Assembly: GCA_041802645.1 (NCBI GenBank)
Contig: JBHCHC010000208.1
Location: 1-51,949 of the forward strand
Length of the DNA: 51,949 bases
Direction: 5' to 3'
From: Moraxella sp.
Lineage (GTDB): Bacteria > Pseudomonadota > Gammaproteobacteria > Pseudomonadales > Moraxellaceae
The position numbers and the translations under genes were made by a program. The notes beneath the pieces were generated by a model that ran no database searches, was not told where the DNA came from, and saw nothing but the letters and a program-made list of their open reading frames with translations. This document shows, piece after piece, positions 28,469 through 37,762 of this stretch (position 1 is the stretch's first letter; every line of letters begins with the position of its first letter).

Positions 28469-31234
28469 ATGACTGACCAAGCCGAAAAAGACTATAAAAA
28501 CACCCTAAATCTTGCTGATACCCCCTTTCCCATGCGTGGCGACCTTGCCAAGCGAGAACCTGCGTGGCTAGAAGAATGGCAAGCCGACAACCTATACCAA
28601 AAAGTTCGCCAAGCCAAACAAGGCTTACCCAAATACGTCTTGCACGACGGCCCCCCTTACGCCAACGGTCAAATTCACCTAGGACACGCCGTCAATAAAG
28701 TGCTCAAAGACATCATCACCAAATCCAAAAACCTATCAGGCTTTGACGCTGTTTATATCCCAGGGTGGGACTGTCACGGTCTGCCCATTGAACAAAAAGT
28801 AGAACAAAAAGTCGGCAAAGTCGGTCAAAAAGTGGACGCTACCGAGTTTCGCCGTCTGTGCCGTGAATACGCCAAAAGCCAAATTGAATTACAAATGAAA
28901 GACTTTAAACGTCTTGGCGTGCTTGGCGATTGGGACAACCCTTATTTGACCATGAATTTTGCTCAAGAAGCCAACATCGTACGAGCTTTGGGCAAAATCT
29001 ACGAAAACGGACATATCGTGCGTGGCATGAAACCAGTCAACTGGTGCTTGGACTGTGGCTCTGCCCTTGCCGAAGCCGAAGTAGAATACAAAGACAAAAA
29101 ATCCGATGCGATTTTTGTTGGGTTTGGGCTGACTGACATCAAAGGTGTAACACTTGATGAAAAAGCCTTTGCCGTCATTTGGACCACCACGCCTTGGACG
29201 CTGCCTGCCAACCAAGCCATCAGCCTTAACCCTGACGAAGATTACAGCTTTATCAAAACCGAAAAAGGCATACTCTTGCTTGGTACAGCCTTGGTAGAAA
29301 GCGTCTTAAATACCCTAAAACTGGAAAATTTAGGCACGCTAACCACCGTCAAAGGCAGTACACTTGAACATAGCCTTGCCCAACACCCTTTGATAAGCGA
29401 CCGCCAAGTGCCGCTGATTTTAGGCTCGCACGTTACCACCGACAGCGGTACAGGACTGGTACATACCGCCCCTGCTCACGGTGTGGACGACTATAATGTC
29501 GGCACAAAGTATGGCTTGCCTGTAGAAAATCCTGTAGGCGATGGGGGTGTATATAACGACTTTGCCAAAGTCTTTGTGGGTGAGCATATTTATAAAGCTC
29601 AGCCCAAAATAATTGACACGCTCAAAGAAACAGGCAACCTGCTTCACCACGAAACCATCACCCACAGCTATCCGCATTGCTGGCGACACAAGACACCGAT
29701 TATCTTTCGTGCCACCGCTCAGTGGTTCATCAGCATGGAAAAAGGCGGACTTCGTCAAAAAGCCCTTGATGACATCAAAAACGTAACATGGACACCTGCA
29801 TGGGGTCAAAACCGCATTGAAGCGATGGTAGAAGGTCGTCCTGATTGGTGTATTAGTCGTCAGCGGACTTGGGGTGTGCCCATTCCCTTTTTTATTCATA
29901 AAGAGATGGATGAGTTGCATCCACGTACGTCTGAGCTGATTGAAGAAGTCGCCAAAGTCATTGAACAAGGTGGGATTGAAGCGTGGTTTGATAGTAGCTG
30001 TGAACAATTTTTGGGTGATGAAGCGGACAGTTACAACAAAGTTACCGATACGTTGGATGTGTGGTTTGACTCTGGGACAACGCATTTTGCTGTGCTTGAC
30101 CAAGACGACAGCCTAACCAACCCTGCTGATATGTATCTAGAAGGCTCTGACCAGCATCGTGGCTGGTTTCAGACATCGCTACTGACCAGTGAAGCCATCT
30201 ATGGACGAGCTCCCTTTAAGCAGGTCTTGACACATGGCTTTGTCGTGGACGAAAAAGGCTATAAGATGAGCAAATCCTTGGGCAACATCATCGAGCCACA
30301 AAAGGAGATTGATAAGACAGGGGCGGATATGCTTCGCCTATGGATTGCATCGAGCGACTACCGCTATGAGATGAGTGCAGGGGCGAAGGTCTTTGCAGGG
30401 GCGGTGGATATTTATCGCCGTATCCGCAATACAGTGCGTTTTTTGCTTGCCAATACGAGTGATTTTGATATCGCCAAAGACGGCATTGCCCCTGATGAGC
30501 TTGTTAGTCTTGATAAGTTTATCTTGGTGCAGGCGGATGATACGCAACGTACCATTATCAATGCTTATAATGACATGGACTTTCACCAAGTGGTGCAAGC
30601 CATTTCGGTATTTTGCTCGCAGGCGTTGGGCGGTTTTTATTTGGACATTATCAAAGATAGAACCTACACTACCAAAGCTGATGGCAAGCCCAGACGTTCA
30701 GCTCAGACGGCACTGTATCATATTACCCAAGCACTGGTACGTTGGATTGCACCGATTTTGCCATTTACCGCTCAAGAAGCGTGGGAGTTTATTCGTCCGA
30801 ATGCTGATGGTGATAAATACGTCTTTACCCAAGTGTGGTATGAGTTGCCCGTCCCTGCCTTAAATGATATCACTCAAAGTGATTGGGAATTGATTTTGAC
30901 CATCAAAGATGATGTCAATAAGGCAATGGATGATGCCCGTACAGCAAAAATCATCAGTGCTAACTTGACTGCTAAGGCAAGCCTGACGGTAGATGGAGTA
31001 GCCTTTACTGCTTTATCAAAGCTGGGCGATGAAGCACGTTTTGTCTTTATTACAAGTGACGTGGAGCTACAACAGGGTGAGCACAGCATTGTCATCACCC
31101 CTGCCGATGGACGAAAATGCACTCGCTGTTGGCACATTCGCACCGATGTTGGCACGCATGAGCATCACCCTGAGCTGTGTGGTCGCTGTGTAGAAAATGT
31201 GGATGGACAAGGTGAGGCACGCCATTATGCCTAA
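28469..31234 (+). CDS. ileS: Isoleucine--tRNA ligase (type 1)
   Basis: [25 protein letters not shown] and C-terminal CTRC..CGRC zinc motif. Confidence 0.99.
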   Translation: MTDQAEKDYKNTLNLADTPFPMRGDLAKREPAWLEEWQADNLYQKVRQAKQGLPKYVLHDGPPYANGQIHLGHAVNKVLKDIITKSKNLSGFDAVYIPGWDCHGLPIEQKVEQKVGKVGQKVDATEFRRLCREYAKSQIELQMKDFKRLGVLGDWDNPYLTMNFAQEANIVRALGKIYENGHIVRGMKPVNWCLDCGSALAEAEVEYKDKKSDAIFVGFGLTDIKGVTLDEKAFAVIWTTTPWTLPANQAISLNPDEDYSFIKTEKGILLLGTALVESVLNTLKLENLGTLTTVKGSTLEHSLAQHPLISDRQVPLILGSHVTTDSGTGLVHTAPAHGVDDYNVGTKYGLPVENPVGDGGVYNDFAKVFVGEHIYKAQPKIIDTLKETGNLLHHETITHSYPHCWRHKTPIIFRATAQWFISMEKGGLRQKALDDIKNVTWTPAWGQNRIEAMVEGRPDWCISRQRTWGVPIPFFIHKEMDELHPRTSELIEEVAKVIEQGGIEAWFDSSCEQFLGDEADSYNKVTDTLDVWFDSGTTHFAVLDQDDSLTNPADMYLEGSDQHRGWFQTSLLTSEAIYGRAPFKQVLTHGFVVDEKGYKMSKSLGNIIEPQKEIDKTGADMLRLWIASSDYRYEMSAGAKVFAGAVDIYRRIRNTVRFLLANTSDFDIAKDGIAPDELVSLDKFILVQADDTQRTIINAYNDMDFHQVVQAISVFCSQALGGFYLDIIKDRTYTTKADGKPRRSAQTALYHITQALVRWIAPILPFTAQEAWEFIRPNADGDKYVFTQVWYELPVPALNDITQSDWELILTIKDDVNKAMDDARTAKIISANLTAKASLTVDGVAFTALSKLGDEARFVFITSDVELQQGEHSIVITPADGRKCTRCWHIRTDVGTHEHHPELCGRCVENVDGQGEARHYA

Positions 31235-31748
31235 TGCTATTGACATACCAAATAACAATAAGGCAAGCCTGTATTATGTCGTCGGGCTTGCCGTGCTCAT
31301 TCTTGACCAAGCAACTAAGATTTTTTTTGAAAAATGGCTGATGGTAGAGGGAAATAGTATTCCTGTCATTGAGCCAATTTTAAACTGGACGCTTGCCTAT
31401 AACCGAGGGGCAGCATTTAGCTTTCTTGCCAATCAAGGTGGCTGGCAGAAGTGGTTTTTTGCCATATTGGGTTTGGCGGTGTCTGCGTTTATCATCTATT
31501 ATCTGCGTCAAATCCCTAAAAATGCCAAAATCTTAGCATGGGGGTTGGCATTAGTGTTGGGCGGGGCGATTGGTAACGTGATTGACCGTCTATTATATGG
31601 TCATGTCATCGACTTTATCCACGTGCATTATGCCAATGTGTGGCACTATCCTGTATTTAATATCGCTGACATGGCAATTATGGGCGGCATGGGACTGGTG
31701 GTGGTGGACATGCTATTTTTTGAAAGCAAAAGAAAACACGCCCCTTAA
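31227..31748 (+). CDS. lspA: Lipoprotein signal peptidase
   Basis: [26 protein letters not shown] and FNIAD motifs; overlaps the ileS stop. Confidence 0.96.
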   Translation: MPNAIDIPNNNKASLYYVVGLAVLILDQATKIFFEKWLMVEGNSIPVIEPILNWTLAYNRGAAFSFLANQGGWQKWFFAILGLAVSAFIIYYLRQIPKNAKILAWGLALVLGGAIGNVIDRLLYGHVIDFIHVHYANVWHYPVFNIADMAIMGGMGLVVVDMLFFESKRKHAP

Positions 31749-31927
31749 AACTTATAAAAAGTGACATAAGAAACAGCGACCCAAAGGCTGATTTTACATA
31801 AATTTTATGGGTTTTGAGAAGATGTTTTGGTGTTATTTTGTATTGCCATTTATAACACCAAAAACCAACGTCAAGCACGCCCTAGGTTTTAATCTTTTTG
31901 TGCGGCTTAGTATAATTGACTCACTGT

Positions 31928-32284
31928 TTATGTGCGTTTAGGACAGGTTAAGCTGATGGCGACTTCTAAGGGGCGTTCAATTGGTTCGCCATGCTGCAAA
32001 TAAGGTGTGTATTTAGCTTTTTTAAACTGCTCACGAATTTGCCGTATCAGTTGTTTGTCTTTAATTTTTAATCCTGATACCGAAACGACTTTACCTTCTT
32101 TATTGAGTTTTAGAGTGGCAGGCGTGTTTATAACCTCGCCATTTTTACAACTTTTGGTAGACAGATTGCTAAAATCGGGTGGTATGATGACAGTGGGAGC
32201 GGTGATGACGGTTTGCTTGGTGGTGCAGGCACTAAGTAAGGCGACAGCGACCAGAGTAAACCAAAGCCTTTGGTGTTTTATCAT
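31928..32284 (-). CDS. Putative lipoprotein with TonB C-terminal-like domain
   Basis: Lipobox LSAC; LNKEGKV..KKAKYTPYLQHGEPIE resembles the TonB_C pattern. Confidence 0.6.
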   Translation of the reverse strand: MIKHQRLWFTLVAVALLSACTTKQTVITAPTVIIPPDFSNLSTKSCKNGEVINTPATLKLNKEGKVVSVSGLKIKDKQLIRQIREQFKKAKYTPYLQHGEPIERPLEVAISLTCPKRT

Positions 32285-32327
32285 TGTGTTTGGTGGTTAT
32301 TTGGTGGGGTGGACATAAATATGGTAG

Positions 32328-32351
32328 AAAAAGCCCGCAAAAAGCGAGCTT
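32328..32351 (-). terminator. Terminator of Sel1-repeat gene
   Basis: Minus strand AAGCTCGC-TTTTT-GCGGGCTT-TTT just after the stop. Confidence 0.65.
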
Positions 32352-32361
32352 GGTAGATTTA

Positions 32362-32940
32362 TTACTGGATGGTAAACCAATCATTGGCACTGGATTTGGC
32401 TTTTTCAATATCGCTAGAGGATAGGTTGAGTGCGAGCTGGCTGATTTTGGTTTGGGCTTTATCACGAATGTTGCTATCAAGCATGCCATCACGACTAGAC
32501 AGATCATACCATTTATAGGCATCCACATAACGCTGTTGTTTTTCATCGATCATCGCTAGGGCATAGCTGGCACGATTATCACCTAAGTGAGCAGCTTTTT
32601 CTAACCATGCACGACCTTGATTCATGTCCGCTTTAACACCTTCGCCACGCAAGTACATGAGACCTAAATTCAGTTGGGCAGGAGCGATACCTTGTTCAGC
32701 AGCACGAGTGTACCAATAGACGGCTTTGGTAGGGTCTTTGGCAACACCCTCACCTTTTTGTAGGCGTTTGGCTAAGAAAAATTGAGCATGATGGTTATTG
32801 CTGTTGGCTTGACTGGCCAGTGATGAGATGTCCATCAGCTCAAAGCGAGACACGTCTAGTGGCACATTTGAGATAAGCTCGGCATTGGCGACACCTGCCA
32901 AAAGCAAGACGGAAAGTAGGCTGATTTTTAAGTGTTTCAT
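32362..32940 (-). CDS. Exported Sel1-repeat (TPR-like) protein
   Basis: Signal peptide ending ANA; repeats such as AQLNLGLMYLRGEGV..W..KAA..G. Confidence 0.9.
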   Translation of the reverse strand: MKHLKISLLSVLLLAGVANAELISNVPLDVSRFELMDISSLASQANSNNHHAQFFLAKRLQKGEGVAKDPTKAVYWYTRAAEQGIAPAQLNLGLMYLRGEGVKADMNQGRAWLEKAAHLGDNRASYALAMIDEKQQRYVDAYKWYDLSSRDGMLDSNIRDKAQTKISQLALNLSSSDIEKAKSSANDWFTIQ

Positions 32941-33195
32941 AAAATACCTTTTGCTTAATTGACTGCTTAATTAACTGATTTTACTCAGCAGTTTCGGTTG
33001 ATGTACTTTAATTTTTGCAAAAAAATACACCACGACAAATTAAATGCCAATAGTTTTTCAAAAATTTACTTCCTATCATAACACCACATGTCACAAAACT
33101 CAATTTCTCCATCTGTCATGAGTGTCAAATTTTTGTAACATCATTTGTCAGATGTGCAAGCCATGTGCTGAGTGCTGACGTCCTACGGCACCATC

Positions 33196-33810
33196 TTACC
33201 GTTTGGTGATGCGATAGACTGCCACATCAGCAAGTAGGTTTGGAGCGGTCTTGACCGCTTTATCACGGATAAAGACTGGGATTTTTGGATTGGGATTGTC
33301 CCATAAGGCAACGGTGTCTAGGATGGTAATATGGTTATCATGGCACAGTCGTTCAAAATCCTTAAAAGTACACAGATGTATGTTTGGTGTGTCATACCAC
33401 TGATGGGGCAAGGTCTCACTCATGGGCATGATGCCTTTGATGCCAAGATATACACGGTTTTGCCAATAAGCAAAATTAGGAAAGGTGACGATGCCAAATT
33501 TGGCAACACGAAGCATGTCATTGAGTAAGGTCTGGGGATTTTTGACCGCTTGTAAGGCACGAGCCATCACCACCGTATCAAAGCTGTTATCAGCAAAGCG
33601 AGCCAGACCGTCATTTAAATCTTGCTCAATGATATTTAGACCCTTGGCGATGCCTTCGTTGATTTTATGTTCATCAATCTCCAAACCGTAACCCGATACA
33701 CCCAAATGCGTCTGCAAATGTGCCAATAGCGTGCCGTCGCCACAGCCCAAATCTAGGACTTTGGCATGAGGCTTTATCCATTTTTCGGCAAGTTGGTGGT
33801 CGATGTTCAT
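33196..33810 (-). CDS. metW: Methionine biosynthesis protein MetW
   Basis: VLDLGCGDG, VTFPNF and WYDTPNIHLCT motifs. Confidence 0.95.
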   Translation of the reverse strand: MNIDHQLAEKWIKPHAKVLDLGCGDGTLLAHLQTHLGVSGYGLEIDEHKINEGIAKGLNIIEQDLNDGLARFADNSFDTVVMARALQAVKNPQTLLNDMLRVAKFGIVTFPNFAYWQNRVYLGIKGIMPMSETLPHQWYDTPNIHLCTFKDFERLCHDNHITILDTVALWDNPNPKIPVFIRDKAVKTAPNLLADVAVYRITKR

Positions 33811-33862
33811 GTTTTTCCTTTCTTTGTGTTAGGTTAGGGTTTATCGCAATCGTCATGGATAA

Positions 33863-34648
33863 TCAGCGAACTTGATTGTCATTTTGTCACATTACAGTCT
33901 TTTTGGGCGTTGATGTGCCGTAGTCACGGTATTTTTGGTAGATTTTTTCTTCACCATGTTTGACGCCATTTACCCAGTTCATTTCATAGATAACGTGTTT
34001 GTTTACACCTGTATAATACTATTCTTTACCGTGTTTTTTGTCGGGGTATTCTTGGGAGTAGACAATGTTGCCCATCCGCCGATGTTCGATACGACTAACA
34101 TTGCCATTGTCATCATAAAAAGTAACCTCATGGGTATGGGGATTTTTTTTATCAATAAATTTGCTGACTTCTTGGTTGATGTGGTCAAGTTTGCCATTAC
34201 CATCGTAAGTTGTTGCTTTAACCAATGTGCCATGCTTGGTTTTTTGATATTCATAGATGGTTTTAAAGGTAACTTTGCCGTCTTGATAGCTTATGGTATA
34301 AACATCATCACCATTTTGGTTTGTGGCTGTTACAGAGCTAAGCTTGCCTGTGTGGATATTATGATATTCACAAATTTGATGAACATCTTGGGCGGGGCGA
34401 CAAGTTTGTGTAACGTGGCTATTCATGATGAGCATTGGTGCTTGCTGACCGCTTTTACTTGATGACGATGAGCCAGAACAATTTGGGTTATAGCCATATG
34501 CACAAAGATTTGGGTCGTTGTGTAAGGCTCCAATCGTATTTATTCGTTGAATACACGCATGGTCATTGCCTGCACAAGTCGCACTTGCAGACGGTGCAAA
34601 CAGTACAACACAAGTGGCAAGAGCGGATAGTGTGAGTAACTTTTTCAT
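33863..34648 (-). pseudogene. Secreted Cys-rich/MORN-like repeat protein, copy 2, interrupted by two in-frame stops
   Basis: Open frame ends at TAG 34019-34021, but the same frame continues YYTGVNKHVIYEMNWVNGVKHGEEKIY..KKTVM*QNDNQVR*. This matches the C-terminus of copy 1 (WANGKKHGEEKFF..TVVWQNGNQVR*). A 209-aa truncated product is possible. Confidence 0.8.
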
Positions 34649-35461
34649 AAAAAATCCTTAAAAATCAACGCACTTGATTACCATTTTGCCAAACCACCGT
34701 TCTGATAAGTTTGGGGCGAGCTTTTTTGTCCGCTTCAAAGAATTTTTCTTCGCCGTGCTTTTTGCCGTTTGCCCACTGGGTAGTGCGAATGACGACAGGG
34801 GTCAAGCCTTTGCGAGTATTGACGTAGGTAAATTCGGCTTCTTGACCGTGCTTTTTGCCGTTTTGGTAGTGAGTTTCTAGCACGCTCCAATCATCTTTGT
34901 AATGTTCAATTTTGATGAGCTGTCCGTTTTCATCGTGGATTTTAAAGTCGCCTTGCAGTTGGTTATTGACGTAGTTGCCAAGGGATTTTGTGCGTCCGTT
35001 TTGGTGGTAGCTTTTGAATGCTCCGTGTTTGTAGCCTTGGGCGTTGTACCATTGTTCGGATTTGACGGTGCGTCCGTCCACATGATAAAAGCGAGCATAG
35101 ACGATGTTGCCTTGGGTGTTGGTCTCCATGACGTTAAAGGTGTAATTGGGGACTTTGATGGACACTTCGGCACACATCTGTGTGCCTTGTGGGGTGGCTT
35201 GGCATTCACGGACGGACGTGGGTGGTGGGGGCGGCATATCTGCGGAGCGAGAACGAGAGCCAGATTGTTGGTTGGGGTAACAATTTGGGTTGTAACCATA
35301 TGCACATAAACTTGGGTCATTATGCAATGCTCCAATCGTGTTCATTCGTTGAATACACGCATTGTCATTGCCTGCACAAGTCGCACTTGCAGATGGTGAA
35401 AACAGCACGCCACAAGTGGCAAGGGCGGATAGGGTGAGTAGTTTTTTCATAAAAAATCCTT
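34478..35461 (-). repeat. Direct repeat pair: RBS plus first 57 codons (34478-34659 and 35280-35461)
   Basis: About 21 mismatches in 171 coding nt by manual count, mostly synonymous; shared AAGGATTTTTTATG leader; period 802 nt. Confidence 0.9.
34665..35450 (-). CDS. Secreted Cys-rich/MORN-variant repeat protein (YwqK-antitoxin-like repeats), copy 1
   Basis: Signal peptide ending ASA; 6 mature Cys; repeats YHQNGR, HDENGQ and NGKKHGxE. Confidence 0.8.
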   Translation of the reverse strand: MKKLLTLSALATCGVLFSPSASATCAGNDNACIQRMNTIGALHNDPSLCAYGYNPNCYPNQQSGSRSRSADMPPPPPTSVRECQATPQGTQMCAEVSIKVPNYTFNVMETNTQGNIVYARFYHVDGRTVKSEQWYNAQGYKHGAFKSYHQNGRTKSLGNYVNNQLQGDFKIHDENGQLIKIEHYKDDWSVLETHYQNGKKHGQEAEFTYVNTRKGLTPVVIRTTQWANGKKHGEEKFFEADKKARPKLIRTVVWQNGNQVR

Positions 35462-36690
35462 TAAGTTCTTGCCAATTTTGAAATGTCTTGGGGGTTGATG
35501 GTGTCTTGTGTGATTTGGCGGTTTAAGAAAGGAGCAGATAAAAAGCCCTTTATCGCTGTGGTATAACGTGGAATGTCAAACAAAAACGAATCATGCCCAT
35601 GCGGTGCATCCACATTAACAAAGCTGACTTGTTTGTCATTTGCCATCAGAGCATCAACAATCTCAATCGAACGTTCTGGAGTGAATCGCCAATCGGTGGT
35701 AAATGAGACGATGAGGAATTGACACTGGGTGCGTTTTAAAGTCTCTTTTAAAGCTGCTTCTTCGGACAGATTTTCATCTGCATAATCCCGCGTGGGGTCA
35801 AAGTAATCAAGTGCCTTGGTCATAAGTAGGTAAGTATTGGCATCAAAATTTTGGCTAAACCGCTCACCTTGATAACGTAAATAGCTTTCTACTTGAAACT
35901 CCACATCGAAGCCGTACATGAACTTGCCCGATTTTAAATCCCGCCCAAATTTGGCTTTCATGGCGTCTTCGGTGATGTAGGTGATGTGACCAACCATGCG
36001 AGCCAAAATCAAGCCACGTCTGGGATAAGTGCCGTGTTTAAGATACCAGCCGCCATGAAAGTCGGGATCGGACAAAATGGACTGGCGAGCCACTTCATTA
36101 AAGGCGATGTTTTGGGCGGAAAGTTTGGGGGTGCTGGCGATGATGACCGCACGAGCCAGGCGATCGGGGTAGTCCACCGACCATTGCAGTGCCTGCATTC
36201 CGCCCATAGAGCCACCCACGATGGCGTGCCATTTGTCAATGCCTAAGCGGTCAGAGAGCATGACTTGGGTTTTGACCCAGTCTTTGATGGTGATGAGTGG
36301 GAAATCTGCACCCCAAATCTCGCCCGTGGCAGGATTGATGGTGGTAGGGCCTGTAGAGCCATGACAGGAGCCGATGTTATTTAGGCATACCACAAAAAAT
36401 TCATTGGTATCAATGGCTTTGCCGTTACCGATCAGATTATCCCACCAACCTGCTTTCGCGTCGGTTTCGCTATGATAGCCTGCGGCGTGGTGTGAACCTG
36501 ATAGGGCATGGCAAATTAAGATAGCATTGGTTTTGTCGGCGTTGAGCGTGCCATAAGTTTCAATCACCAGCTCAAAACTTGGCAAAACCCGCTCGCATTC
36601 TAAGATTAAAGGCTCGTCAAAATGTAGGATTTCTGGAGTGACAATCCCCACCGAGGTGGGGTCTAAATGAGGAGGTAGCTGATTATCCAC
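35461..36690 (-). CDS. metX: Homoserine O-acyltransferase
   Basis: [17 protein letters not shown] (catalytic Ser), DWRF and HGHDSFL motifs. Confidence 0.96.
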   Translation of the reverse strand: MDNQLPPHLDPTSVGIVTPEILHFDEPLILECERVLPSFELVIETYGTLNADKTNAILICHALSGSHHAAGYHSETDAKAGWWDNLIGNGKAIDTNEFFVVCLNNIGSCHGSTGPTTINPATGEIWGADFPLITIKDWVKTQVMLSDRLGIDKWHAIVGGSMGGMQALQWSVDYPDRLARAVIIASTPKLSAQNIAFNEVARQSILSDPDFHGGWYLKHGTYPRRGLILARMVGHITYITEDAMKAKFGRDLKSGKFMYGFDVEFQVESYLRYQGERFSQNFDANTYLLMTKALDYFDPTRDYADENLSEEAALKETLKRTQCQFLIVSFTTDWRFTPERSIEIVDALMANDKQVSFVNVDAPHGHDSFLFDIPRYTTAIKGFLSAPFLNRQITQDTINPQDISKLART

Positions 36691-36756
36691 AAAAAACGCT
36701 CTTGTTATTTTTTAAAGTCATATTTTAAGGTCAAAAGTGGGGATTGGCAAGAGAGG

Positions 36757-37359
36757 TTATTTACCAATCCAATGCCCCATTTTTTCTCCTTTCACATCAA
36801 GGTAGTCCTGATTATGCGGATTGACGCCAACAATCAATGGCACTCGCTCGACAATCTCAATCCCCATCTTTGTCAAGAAAGCAAGTTTGTTGGGGTTGTT
36901 GGTCAGTAGCTTTGCCTTAGTGATGCCCACATGAGCAAGCATCACCTCGCACATCTCATAGGTGCGAGCGTCGGCAGGCAATCCCAAAAGTAGATTGGCT
37001 TCTAGTGTGTCATGTCCTTGGTCTTGGAGGGCGTAGGCTCGGATTTTATTGGTTAGTCCAATGCCACGCCCTTCTTGACGCAGATACAAAATCGCTCCAC
37101 AGCCATTTGCCTGAATCATTTGCATGGCGGTGTTCAACTGCGGTCCACAGTCACATTTGAGCGAACCAAAAGCATCTCCTGTAAGACATTCAGAATGAAT
37201 GCGAATCAGTGGAGTGTGGTTGGGCTCATCGTTTGGCAGACCTACACTAAGTAGGACGTGCTCTTGACCGTGTTCGTTCTCAAAAACATGGATAACAAAG
37301 TCGCCATGCACAGTAGGTAACTTGGCATGACTAATAAATTGGTACAAAACTTTCCCCAA
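36757..37359 (-). CDS. ribA: GTP cyclohydrolase II
   Basis: [25 protein letters not shown] and TNNPNK motifs. Confidence 0.96.
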   Translation of the reverse strand: MGKVLYQFISHAKLPTVHGDFVIHVFENEHGQEHVLLSVGLPNDEPNHTPLIRIHSECLTGDAFGSLKCDCGPQLNTAMQMIQANGCGAILYLRQEGRGIGLTNKIRAYALQDQGHDTLEANLLLGLPADARTYEMCEVMLAHVGITKAKLLTNNPNKLAFLTKMGIEIVERVPLIVGVNPHNQDYLDVKGEKMGHWIGK

Positions 37360-37762
37360 AATGTGTCATAATACAAGGGCGTATCAAGCATGCATGGCAG
37401 AATAAATGCTGTGAATCATTTGGTGTATTCTACCTGCATTAACCATGCATAAAAGCAAAGGGCTAATCTTGGATTTTCAAAGCCTTTGATGATATTTTCA
37501 TGCCATCTGCAGACTTTTTGTGCTTGTTTTAAAAGCAAGGATGATTTGCCCATTCTTTTATGTTAACGGCAATATGAATGCTCACACGACCTGATTGTGA
37601 ATAATTTGTGAATTAAATGGTGCTGCTATGGCAAATTAAAAGGCTATCTTGTAAAATAAGCCCTGATCTGCCCAAAGTGACTATTATACCCCAAAATGAT
37701 GACCGCTTAACATAACTTTCATTCACACCCACTTAAAGACAAAAATCTGGAAACCTAACCTC

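Noticed and set aside
29420-30103. 227-aa antisense ORF in ileS and other short nested ORFs in the track
   Set aside because: They lie within well-supported genes on the opposite strand or in another frame and show no motifs.
32952-32975. Imperfect 12-bp tandem repeat TGCTTAATT(G/A)AC upstream of the Sel1 gene
   Set aside because: Only two AT-rich copies; cannot be distinguished from local slippage.
33935-34462. 175-aa plus-strand hydrophobic ORF, and 34902-35309
   Set aside because: Antisense shadows of the cassette genes, whose minus-strand frames have signal peptides and paralogy.
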